Below are positions 1-7,865 of a DNA stretch of 26,509 nucleotides, one piece after another. The stretch covers positions 1 to 26,509 of the forward strand of contig CAZMIT010000010.1 of the NCBI GenBank assembly GCA_964566495.1, in the 5' to 3' direction. The DNA is from an uncultured bacterium (GTDB lineage Bacteria > T1Sed10-126). The translations under genes and the position numbers were made by a program. How positions within the stretch are numbered: position 1 is the first letter of the stretch; each line of letters begins with the position of its first letter. The notes under the pieces were generated by a model. The model was given only the letters and a program-made list of their open reading frames with translations, searched no databases and was not told the DNA's origin.

Positions 1-11
1 GGTAAGAAAAA

Positions 12-83
12 TGGGGGCTGCTGGGTTCGAACCAACGACCTCCTGCTTGTAAGGCAGGCGCTCTTCCGCTGAGCTAAGCCCCC
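12..83 (-). tRNA. tRNA-Val (anticodon TAC); 3' CCA not encoded
   Basis: Reverse complement folds as a cloverleaf: acceptor GGGGGCT/AGCCCCC, D arm GCTC/GAGC, anticodon stem CCTGC/GCAGG with loop CT-TAC-AA, T loop TTCGAAC. The discriminator A is followed by TTTTT, not CCA. Confidence 0.96.
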
Positions 84-89
84 GGGTGT

Positions 90-129
90 TAGTTTATTAG
101 TTGGCTAGTTAGTTAGTTAGCTAGTTGGT
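90..129. repeat. Five degenerate tandem 8-mers (TAGTTNNN) in the tRNA leader
   Basis: TAGTTTAT TAGTTGGC TAGTTAGT TAGTTAGC TAGTTGGT, read directly at 90-129. Confidence 0.8.
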
Positions 130-149
130 CTGGGTATTGTTTGACATAT

Positions 150-179
150 ATTTTAGCTTAGTCTGTCTGATTTTGGCAA
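150..179 (-). promoter_or_regulatory. Putative sigma70 promoter for tRNA-Val
   Basis: Minus strand TTGCCA-18 nt-TAAAAT, about 65 nt upstream of the mature tRNA 5' end. Confidence 0.5.
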
Positions 180-189
180 GCAAGCCAGA

Positions 190-1326
190 CTACATCCCAC
201 CAAGTATTCCAGTGTCAACATCAGGATAATGCCCTTTTTTGTATTTACTCCAGTTAGTGGGTTTACTGCAATGGGTGCGTGCTTCGTCATCGCTTATATA
301 GCCTTCCTTATAGAGCTTGACGATCGCCTGGTCGTAGGTCTGCATTCCTTCATTTTCTCCCTGGTGGATAGCAGAACGTAAACTGCCAAGCTCATAATCA
401 GCAATCAGGTTTTTTATCAGAGGATTATTAAACATCAACTCAACTGCGGGGACCATTCCTTCCCCGTCATCCCGTTCTAAGAGTCGCTGACCACAGACCG
501 CCATAAGATATTCAGAAAGCAGCGCCAGCACCTGATTGCGGGAGTCGTCGGGATAGAAGTCCAAAATTCTATCCAGCGTCTGGGGAACTGTACTGGTATG
601 CAACGTTGAGAAGACGAGGTGACCGGTTTCAGCCGCTTGAAGCGCCGCCTCAACCGTCTCCTGGTCACGCATTTCGCCAATTAAAATCACATCCGGGTCC
701 TGGCGCAATACAAATTTTAACGCCGAGGCATAACACTCGGTGTCAGTTCCCACCTCACGCTGAGTTATAACACTCTTTTTATCCTCATAAACAAATTCTA
801 TTGGGTCTTCAATTGTGATCACGTGCTTGGACTGATTCTGGTTAATGTATTCGACAATTGACGAGAGGGTGGTTGTTTTGCCGCTACTTGTCGTCCCCGT
901 GACGAGAACAAGCCCACGATCAAATTTAGGAATTTTTTCGATCGCCGGGGGTAAATTTAACTCCGAAAAAGATTCTATATCAGCCTCAATGTGTCTGAAG
1001 ACCAGGGTGATCGAGTTGCGCTGCAAAAAGGCGTTCACCCGAAAACGCTCGCCATCATCGAGAACATAAGAACCGTCGTATTCCTGGCCGTCAAGTAGAA
1101 CCTCCAACTCATCTTCTCCCAATAAATCACGGGCCAGCTTAAGCATGTCGTCATCGGTAAGCGAACGCATGTTGGCCTTGTGTATTTTCCCTTCAATGCG
1201 AAACGAGGCCGGCGAACCTTTCTTCAGGATCAAGTCGCTGGCATTATTCCGGACCATCATTTCAAGAAATTGATCAAGGTGATAGTCAAACTGCTCCTCG
1301 GCGCTATCCTCTTCCGATTTGCTCAT
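190..1326 (-). CDS. pilT: Type IV pilus retraction ATPase, PilT/PilU family
   Basis: Walker A GTTSSGKTT, Asp box TIEDPIE, LRQDPDVILIGEMRD Walker B, His box GHLVFSTLH and C-terminal GMQT. SD GAGGA upstream. The AIRNLIRE motif is diverged (LIKNLIAD), so it may be a PilU-like paralogue. Confidence 0.9.
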   Translation of the reverse strand: MSKSEEDSAEEQFDYHLDQFLEMMVRNNASDLILKKGSPASFRIEGKIHKANMRSLTDDDMLKLARDLLGEDELEVLLDGQEYDGSYVLDDGERFRVNAFLQRNSITLVFRHIEADIESFSELNLPPAIEKIPKFDRGLVLVTGTTSSGKTTTLSSIVEYINQNQSKHVITIEDPIEFVYEDKKSVITQREVGTDTECYASALKFVLRQDPDVILIGEMRDQETVEAALQAAETGHLVFSTLHTSTVPQTLDRILDFYPDDSRNQVLALLSEYLMAVCGQRLLERDDGEGMVPAVELMFNNPLIKNLIADYELGSLRSAIHQGENEGMQTYDQAIVKLYKEGYISDDEARTHCSKPTNWSKYKKGHYPDVDTGILGGM

Positions 1327-1381
1327 TTCGTTCCTCCTCTATATTTTGCTGCCGGGTTGTAATATTTATCTCTCGTTTCCC

Positions 1382-1410
1382 TTGCGAGCAATACTTCTAT
1401 AGCGTAGGAT
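1382..1410 (+). promoter_or_regulatory. Putative sigma70 promoter for the dehydrogenase gene
   Basis: TTGCGA-17 nt-TAGGAT in the AT-rich divergent intergenic region. Confidence 0.4.
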
Positions 1411-1468
1411 TTTAGCCTAACAAATTAAATTTATAAATTAACTCAAATTAACCAAAGGATGTCATAAA

Positions 1469-2428
1469 ATGCTGATAACTCGTGCTTCCGCTTCTTCTTA
1501 TATTAGCGAAAATTTTCTTAAAATTGAAGCCAGACGAATTCGAGACCTGGGGGTAAGATACAGTAATCTGACCGAGAATAATGACTCGATTGAAGAACTA
1601 ATTGCAGCCGAGGTGCTGATCATAAACAGTCAGCACAGGATAACTTCAAGCTTTTTGAAAAAATGGAAAAAAGGGCGACTCGTTCTCACCACCTCGAGCG
1701 GGTACGACCATATTGACCTAAAGCGTTGTGAAAAAATGGGAATAAAAGTAGCTCGAACTCCAGAAGCACGAACCGGGCGGGTGGTCGAACATACGCTGGC
1801 TCTTGCCGGCGCTCTGCTGCGTGACCTGGGCGAAACCGGGAGAGCACTGCGGGAAGGGACATGGAGACGGCGGGAGGCTGCTGAACGATGCCGAGAGCTG
1901 TCCAATGAGCAGGTAGGAATTATTGGCTACGGTCTGATAGGCCAGCTTGTCTGCCAACGCCTCACACCGCTGGTAAACTCTCCTTTATTGGTCTGCGACC
2001 CCGCTAAAGAGCAGGACATTAAATCCGAACCACAACTAAGATACGCTGAATTAGAAGAGCTGCTAAAGAAAGCCACACTGATTAGTATACACGCCGACCT
2101 GAATCACACTTCACACCACCTGATCGACGAGAATAGCCTTGACCTCTGCAAACCCCAAACACTTTTAGTAAATACTGCCAGGGGCGCTATAATAAAACAG
2201 TCAGCACTGCTATCAGCATTAGAAAAAAAGACTATTGGCGGGGCAGGACTGGATGTTTTCGAAAACGAACCCCCAAAAAACGTCGACCTGGGTAACTATA
2301 AAAACCTCATCGTCACTCCTCATGCCGCCGGGTTTGGTCCCCAGATGTTAGAAGATCTGCAGGAGGAAATCATTGGGACAATTAAAAATTTCATAAACGA
2401 CTCGCCCCTGCCACACCCGGTTAACTAA
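1469..2428 (+). CDS. D-isomer-specific 2-hydroxyacid dehydrogenase (SerA/glyoxylate-hydroxypyruvate reductase-like, NAD-dependent)
   Basis: SGYDHID, Rossmann GIIGYGLIG followed by an acidic residue (CDP), and catalytic motifs NTARG, LDVFENEP and TPHAAG. SD AAGGA. No ACT domain. Substrate not assignable. Confidence 0.9.
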   Translation: MLITRASASSYISENFLKIEARRIRDLGVRYSNLTENNDSIEELIAAEVLIINSQHRITSSFLKKWKKGRLVLTTSSGYDHIDLKRCEKMGIKVARTPEARTGRVVEHTLALAGALLRDLGETGRALREGTWRRREAAERCRELSNEQVGIIGYGLIGQLVCQRLTPLVNSPLLVCDPAKEQDIKSEPQLRYAELEELLKKATLISIHADLNHTSHHLIDENSLDLCKPQTLLVNTARGAIIKQSALLSALEKKTIGGAGLDVFENEPPKNVDLGNYKNLIVTPHAAGFGPQMLEDLQEEIIGTIKNFINDSPLPHPVN

Positions 2429-2459
2429 AAAATCCGTAATGAGGAAATTAGGAAGAGAT

Positions 2460-2769
2460 CGAGCAGGCGAGCATTCGAACAGGCGAGCAAACGAAGATGC
2501 GAGCAGGGGAAAGTTCACGTTGGGGGGATAGGGCGGTGGGGCGAGTGGGCGGTGAGACGATAGGGCGGTGGGGCGTAATGGTAGAACAGCGAACAGGCGA
2601 GCCTGAGAGCATGCGAGCAGGCGATGAAAAGCGCGGGGCGCAGGGCGCTGAGCGCTTGGCGTCAAAGTCAAGGTCAAGGACAAAAGCGTGCCACAAGTTC
2701 AAGAACAAGACATCGAAAACCGAGAGAAAGTGGGTTTGGCGTTGAGCTTTTGGCTTTGAGCTTTTAGCT
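2460..2769. repeat. Mosaic of degenerate short tandem repeats (8-, 7- and 6-mer periods) between convergent genes
   Basis: CGARCAGG-like 8-mers x6 (2460-2507) and x4 (2590-2621). GCGGTGGG-like 8-mers, with GATAGGGCGGTGGGGCG at both 2527 and 2559. GCGCNNN 7-mers x4 (2631-2658). GTCAAR-like 6-mers x4 (2661-2684). GCTTT-type 6-mers (~2740-2769). Confidence 0.8.
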
Positions 2770-2775
2770 GATGTT

Positions 2776-2800
2776 TTCCGGCTCGGAGGCCGGAATGACG
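2776..2800. repeat. REP-like palindromic element (copy 1)
   Basis: TTCCGGC-TCGGAG-GCCGGAA-TGACG hairpin, 23/25 identical to 23435-23459. Confidence 0.75.
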
Positions 2801-2877
2801 GTTAGCGGGGATACGGGGGTTTAGCGACATTCCGCCCCCCTGGCAAAGTGCAAAGTGGGAGCTTTGGAGAAAGGTTT

Positions 2878-5142
2878 CTAAAGGACGTCGCTGGCGTCCA
2901 TCGCCTTCAGACGTTCCCAGCGGCGGTCAACGTCAGCCTGAATCTTTTCCAGCAACTCGGGATTATCCTCCGAGTTAAGGTGAGCGAAGGCCTTACCCAT
3001 CGTCTGCAGCATTTCCTCGACAGGAATTTTTTCATCCTTCTCTTCCGGGTTCTTATTCAGGGTGGTAATACCGTTTTCCACCTCGTAGAGCGGGAACATG
3101 CAGCTATTAACAGCCTTTTCCACGGCCTCATTCCCCTTGTCGGGAGCCATGCCCCAGTTAAGCGGACAGACTGAGAAGAGCTTGCCAAAGGCAAAGTCCC
3201 CGTCACGCACGGTGTTCTGAGCCTTTCGGGCCTTAGCGATCATGTCGCGTTCCTCAGTCTCAGCGGCCTGAAAGAGATAAGGAGCATGAGTGCCCCGCAT
3301 AATCTCGGTAATATCCTTATGAGCATAAGGTTTACCGACCTGGTTGGGACCGACGTTAGCGTTGGTGTTGTACTGACCTTCGATACCGGAGTAACAGACC
3401 TGGTTACCGGTGTTCATGTAGCCCTTGTTGTCGTATTCAAGCATAATGAAGGGGTCGTCGCGAAGGGCTGAACCAATTACCTGGTCCATGCCGATATCAG
3501 TTCCACCATCACCGGAGACAGCAATAACAGTCATGTCGTCGGTAATTTTGCCCTGGCGTTTAAAGCGCTGATACATCTCGACAATACCGCTGGCAGTGCT
3601 GGAGCCGTTGTGGAAGAGATTGTGAAAGTAAGTGATTTTAAAAGAGGTCTCCGGGAAGCCGGTAGTTACAACCATGCCACAGCCGGTGTTAAAGAGTACC
3701 GCCACATGGCCTTCAATACCGCGCAGGAAGACCTGCAGGTTAGCAAAAATACCACAGCCGGGACAACCGGAGTGAGGACCTATGCGTTCGGGCATATTAG
3801 CCAGCTCGCGAGTATTTACCCGTTCAGGATTTCGATCCTCGTCGTCAAGGGTAAAAATCGTCGCGTCCTCGGGCATCGGTTCCATTTTCTGTTCAAACTC
3901 GTAGTCGGGGTCGCCGGGCCAGGCACCATAGTAGTCCTTGCGCTTCTTATCCTCGTCCGAGACGTCAGGATAGTTGTCTGCGAGTTCCAGCAAGTTACGA
4001 GCATCGCCGGTGTCAAAGCGAAGCCCACCAACACCGTAGGTTCTTTCAAGAATTGTCGTATCTCTGTTCTCCCGCTGGAGCAGAGCACCAATTTCGTTGG
4101 CCAGATAATTACCGGCCCCATACTGAGAGACGCGCTCAGCACAGACAAGCGTGTCAAGTCCATTAACGGCGGAAAGAATTTCCTGGTCGGGGAAAGGTCG
4201 CAGAACCAGCGGTTCAATAAGTCTGGTGTCAACGTCATCCTCGGCCAGGTCATCGACAGCTACCTTGGAAGTTTCAGCAGCCGTGTTGAGAGCAGCCATA
4301 CCGCTAATACCAGTATCATCTGAACCATAAGTCATAACCTCGTTGTAGTAGCGACCGGTGAGATCACCATACTCTTCGAAAAGTTGCGGGAGCAGCTCAG
4401 CTGCCTGCTGCATCTTCTGTTCCAGAACAACCTTGGTGTTGATAAGGTCATCGTTCATATAGGGTCCAAAGGTGCGAGGATCATCGACATCAAGAAAGGT
4501 GGGTCGTTCAGGTGGCTCGCCGATAAAGTCCTGGGCATCGTTACGATCCTCAAAAATTTCTATTTTTCGAGTGCCGTGCGAGGTGTGAAAACCGTCGTAA
4601 ACAACCAGGCAGGGCAAATTAACAGCTTCAGCGAGCCGGGGGGCAATAATATTCATATCATAGGTAGCTTGAACGGAAGGGGCGAGTAGAATCATCCAGC
4701 CCATACCAAGCGCAGCAGCAAGATCGGAGTGACCATTTTTAATGTTCAGGGGGGCGGAGACGTCACGGGTGGCAACATTCATAACAACGGGTAATCCAAG
4801 TCCACTGAGGACGGGAAGCTCTTCAGCCTTAAGCAGAACACCGTTAGCGGAAGTGACGTCCACGACTCGACCACCGGCAATAGACATCCCGGCGGCAATA
4901 CTGATAGCAGCCAGTTCGCTGGTTCCACGAACAAGCTGTACATCGGTTTCACCTTCGGCATACATACGATCAACTTCTTGTCCCACGTCACTGGAAGGTG
5001 TAATTGGGTAGTAACCCTCGCCGTCGTAAGCGGCGTGAACGATCGCCTTGGCGGCGGCGTGATTACCGTTAGTTACCTCAATTTGTTGCGGGGCTTCGGG
5101 GGCCCCTACATCAGCATCAGCTTGTTTAGCTACAGGACTCAT
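2878..5142 (-). CDS. 2-oxoacid (probably pyruvate):ferredoxin oxidoreductase, fused alpha+beta subunit
   Basis: Alpha motifs YYPITPS, SELAA, TSANG and DGFHTSH. Beta motifs GCPGCG, NTGC, TPP-binding GDGG...YDNKGYMNTG and distal CP. The start overlaps the upstream stop (TAATG). Confidence 0.9.
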   Translation of the reverse strand: MSPVAKQADADVGAPEAPQQIEVTNGNHAAAKAIVHAAYDGEGYYPITPSSDVGQEVDRMYAEGETDVQLVRGTSELAAISIAAGMSIAGGRVVDVTSANGVLLKAEELPVLSGLGLPVVMNVATRDVSAPLNIKNGHSDLAAALGMGWMILLAPSVQATYDMNIIAPRLAEAVNLPCLVVYDGFHTSHGTRKIEIFEDRNDAQDFIGEPPERPTFLDVDDPRTFGPYMNDDLINTKVVLEQKMQQAAELLPQLFEEYGDLTGRYYNEVMTYGSDDTGISGMAALNTAAETSKVAVDDLAEDDVDTRLIEPLVLRPFPDQEILSAVNGLDTLVCAERVSQYGAGNYLANEIGALLQRENRDTTILERTYGVGGLRFDTGDARNLLELADNYPDVSDEDKKRKDYYGAWPGDPDYEFEQKMEPMPEDATIFTLDDEDRNPERVNTRELANMPERIGPHSGCPGCGIFANLQVFLRGIEGHVAVLFNTGCGMVVTTGFPETSFKITYFHNLFHNGSSTASGIVEMYQRFKRQGKITDDMTVIAVSGDGGTDIGMDQVIGSALRDDPFIMLEYDNKGYMNTGNQVCYSGIEGQYNTNANVGPNQVGKPYAHKDITEIMRGTHAPYLFQAAETEERDMIAKARKAQNTVRDGDFAFGKLFSVCPLNWGMAPDKGNEAVEKAVNSCMFPLYEVENGITTLNKNPEEKDEKIPVEEMLQTMGKAFAHLNSEDNPELLEKIQADVDRRWERLKAMDASDVL

Positions 5143-6089
5143 TACTTTGCCTCCTCTTTAGTTTTGGCAGGTCGCACAAGGGCTTTGCCCTTCTTCGTTT
5201 CGGGACATACAAGAGTGCAGCGCATACAGCGCTTACAGATTTCAGAGTTAATTCCTTTCATTTCACCGTCTTCAAAAACAATTGCGCCCGGATCAGGACA
5301 GTTGAGAGCACAGTTGCCACAGTGAATACAGATCTCCGGGTCAAACTGGGGCTCAGTTCCAAGCGCATGAGTTCTCTCGGGATGAGGATCTGTCAAGAAA
5401 TATTTGGCGGGAAGACTGCCCCCATAGGGCATATTCTCATAGCCAATCGGACTGGGCTGTTCATCTTCTCGCTCGCGATTTCGATATTCTTCTTTTGGCT
5501 CAAAAGTCTCTTCCCTGTAAAGCTCTTCAGCCATATTAAAAGCGGCAAGATTAGTATCTTTAACTGATGGCCACTTCTTCTCTACCGCATTTTCAACGGC
5601 GTCAAAGGGGTAATCAAGCTCCCGGGCCAGAAGCCAGAGCATGGGCATGTTAAGACGCGAGCCAGTTTCGTCGACAATCTTACCAGCGTCGAGAGTAATA
5701 ATTTTACCGCTATAAAGTTCAATTTCATCGCGGATTTCTGCCGGACTCAGTCTGGTGTTAATGGCAACAGTGGCTCCTTCGGGCAGATTCTTGTGAAAAC
5801 CCTGTTTCTTCAACACGGAGACGTAAAATCCGACAAGAATATGGGGCGATTGAGTGGGACCACTGGTGCGAACGTCTACATCGTCAGAACAGAGCCGAAT
5901 AGAAACGGAGGTCGGGGTTCCGGTCTTCTCCGAGCCGTATTTGGCATCGTATCCACCATCGAGGTTAAACTCTCTAACCCCGAGTTCAAAAATCATTTTT
6001 CCAATCGTGTTTGCACCATCACCACCAATAGCAGACATTAAGATCTTGCAGAAACCGTATTGATCCTGATAAGGTAAGCTGTAATCCAA
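5142..6089 (-). CDS. 2-oxoacid:ferredoxin oxidoreductase, fused gamma+delta (2x[4Fe-4S]) subunit
   Basis: Gamma motifs IGGDGA, YGSEKTG and NMPML. C-terminal CIHCGNCALNCP and CKRCMRCTLVCP ferredoxin motifs. TTG start with SD GGGAGG. Confidence 0.9.
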   Translation of the reverse strand: MDYSLPYQDQYGFCKILMSAIGGDGANTIGKMIFELGVREFNLDGGYDAKYGSEKTGTPTSVSIRLCSDDVDVRTSGPTQSPHILVGFYVSVLKKQGFHKNLPEGATVAINTRLSPAEIRDEIELYSGKIITLDAGKIVDETGSRLNMPMLWLLARELDYPFDAVENAVEKKWPSVKDTNLAAFNMAEELYREETFEPKEEYRNREREDEQPSPIGYENMPYGGSLPAKYFLTDPHPERTHALGTEPQFDPEICIHCGNCALNCPDPGAIVFEDGEMKGINSEICKRCMRCTLVCPETKKGKALVRPAKTKEEAK

Positions 6090-6147
6090 GGCAGCCGCCT
6101 CCCGTTACAAGGTTAGGTAGACCATTAATCACAATTAGCTGCCACTT

Positions 6148-6176
6148 ATTTTCTCAAATACTATTTCGGGGGTCAA
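6148..6176 (-). promoter_or_regulatory. Putative promoter of the oxidoreductase operon
   Basis: Minus strand TTGACC-17 nt-GAAAAT with a TG extension before the -10. Confidence 0.4.
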
Positions 6177-6212
6177 GAAAAGTATCCGCCGTCCCAAAAA
6201 AGGAGGACCAAT

Positions 6213-7859
6213 TTGGAAACAAAAGTAAAAAAAGCACGAAAAAACGGCTATTACCTGGAAATAACTAAAGGCGAGAAAAGCCGGCTACTACACAGCAGGT
6301 ATGCCCCACGGCAGGAAGCAGAAAAATGGGCGGACAAATACTGCCGGGATTTAACAGGAAAAAACCTCGCCTTGATCGGAGGCGGGCTGGGATATTTCCC
6401 TGAGATAATGGAAAAACGTGGTTTTAACTGCCGGGTCTTCGAACCCCTGCCCCGGTTCAATCCGCCCGAGGATGCACCGCTGTCAAAATTAATCGAGCAG
6501 AATAAAATCATATTTCAAGCAAAAGATGATGAGATAGAGTCTTACCTGGAAACGGCTACCGGCAAATACCTGCAGGAGCTGCAGGTATTAGTGCATCCCC
6601 GTTACGGTGCACTTTTTCCCAACGCCGTGGACCGCTTGCGTAATCAGGTAGTATTGACGGGACGAAAAATTCAACGAGACCGACGAACACGAAAAGAATT
6701 TTACTGGCTCTGGTTTGACAATTTGATCAACAACCTACCACAAATAGACGGCGCACACCGGCTAACCGAGTTGAAGAACCTATATAGTGAAGAAGCAGCG
6801 GTAATAGTGGGAGCGGGGCCCAGTCTTGGCGATTCACTGAACTGGCTAAAAAAGTATGCGGATCGATTCATAATCCTCAGCGTTGATTCCGCCCTGGCAA
6901 CTCTGCAAACTACCGGAATTAAGGCGGACTTTGTTTTAACGACTGATCCCCAACCAACGAACAACCTACATATTGAAGGTGTTGAGCCGGAGGGCAGATT
7001 AATAGCCGCCTGGACAGCCCAGCCAGCCTACTTTAACTGGGCCGCTGGACAGCCTATTTATCCAGTTGACATCGCCCATGGGACAACCCATAAGGAGCAG
7101 ATGTTTCCGCCGGGCGGCTGGATCAGGGAATACATTGAGGGGCTGGACGACTTGCAGAGCGGCGGAAGCGTAACTTCGACCGGTCTTGACCTGGCACAAT
7201 ACCTGGGAGTTCAAACGATTGCGCTGGTCGGAGTTGACCATGCGTTTACCAAACACCGTATCGTCAGCCCGGGGAACAGCTGGGAGAGACGCCAGCTAAG
7301 CAAACTAAACCGGTTCCAAAGCCTGGTCGGAACCCACCTGAACAGTTTCCTGGGCAGCGGGAGATTCAGCTCAAAATCACTGATGAAAGCCACCTGCCTG
7401 GGCGGCTCCAGCTACTGGACGACCGACGAATACGTCAACCAGAACCGCTGGTTCGAAAAGGCCGGTCAACTATTGCCGTCCCGCTGCCTCGATATGAGAG
7501 CCGGCGGGCTAAAGATGCAGAACTGGGAAAGAGTTCAAAATCCCGATAAATTCTGGCAAAAAAAGACTCCAATCAGACCGGTAGAAGCTAAGCTCTGCGA
7601 GCAAGAACGAGTTAAAGTAAACCGCGAGGAGCTGAGTAATAAATGTTTACAGCTCAGCGACTACATCGAAGGGGACCGTGATCAACTTATCTACCGGTTT
7701 GCCACTGACAGTGGCAAACGTCCGGAGCGGCTGCAAAAATTTTACGAGCCATTCCGAGAGTACGCAGGGTTGGACGGCAGCTCGGCGGACGAGCTTGCGG
7801 AAGATTTCATCCACAAGCTGCCCGAACGATTACGTGAGCTGGCCGCCCAGTTCAGTTAA
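6213..7859 (+). CDS. Maf-like (motility-associated factor) glycosyltransferase / DUF115-MptE-like domain protein
   Basis: N-terminal LHSRYAP..EA and GGGLGY. Central IVGAGPSL, SVDSA, DFVLTTDP and GGSVT...LG...IALVGVDHAF motifs are typical of Maf/DUF115 proteins. TTG start with SD AGGAGG. Confidence 0.75.
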   Translation: METKVKKARKNGYYLEITKGEKSRLLHSRYAPRQEAEKWADKYCRDLTGKNLALIGGGLGYFPEIMEKRGFNCRVFEPLPRFNPPEDAPLSKLIEQNKIIFQAKDDEIESYLETATGKYLQELQVLVHPRYGALFPNAVDRLRNQVVLTGRKIQRDRRTRKEFYWLWFDNLINNLPQIDGAHRLTELKNLYSEEAAVIVGAGPSLGDSLNWLKKYADRFIILSVDSALATLQTTGIKADFVLTTDPQPTNNLHIEGVEPEGRLIAAWTAQPAYFNWAAGQPIYPVDIAHGTTHKEQMFPPGGWIREYIEGLDDLQSGGSVTSTGLDLAQYLGVQTIALVGVDHAFTKHRIVSPGNSWERRQLSKLNRFQSLVGTHLNSFLGSGRFSSKSLMKATCLGGSSYWTTDEYVNQNRWFEKAGQLLPSRCLDMRAGGLKMQNWERVQNPDKFWQKKTPIRPVEAKLCEQERVKVNREELSNKCLQLSDYIEGDRDQLIYRFATDSGKRPERLQKFYEPFREYAGLDGSSADELAEDFIHKLPERLRELAAQFS

Positions 7860-7865
7860 CCCGGG

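Noticed and set aside
12..14. Encoded CCA end on tRNA-Val
   Set aside because: The apparent CCA is the last two acceptor-stem C's plus the discriminator A. CCA must be added enzymatically, which is common.
1..83. tRNA-Val as an integration site of a genomic island
   Set aside because: The 3' flank is outside the window, and no integrase or duplicated tRNA end is visible.
2348..2745. ORFs 2348-2683(-), 2448-2708(-) and 2497-2745(+)
   Set aside because: Low-complexity translations of the repeat mosaic, with no recognisable domain or convincing SD.
2460..2800. Possible CRISPR array
   Set aside because: Units are 6-8 bp and contiguous. There is no 23-47 bp repeat with unique spacers and no cas genes.
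3610..4323. 237-aa plus-strand ORF
   Set aside because: Antisense shadow of the oxidoreductase gene with no motifs.
2878..5142. Oxalate oxidoreductase
   Set aside because: The active-site loop is YPITP, not YPIRP.
6118..6136. Rex operator upstream of the oxidoreductase operon
   Set aside because: Only one TCACAA half-site, with no matching TTGTGA arm.
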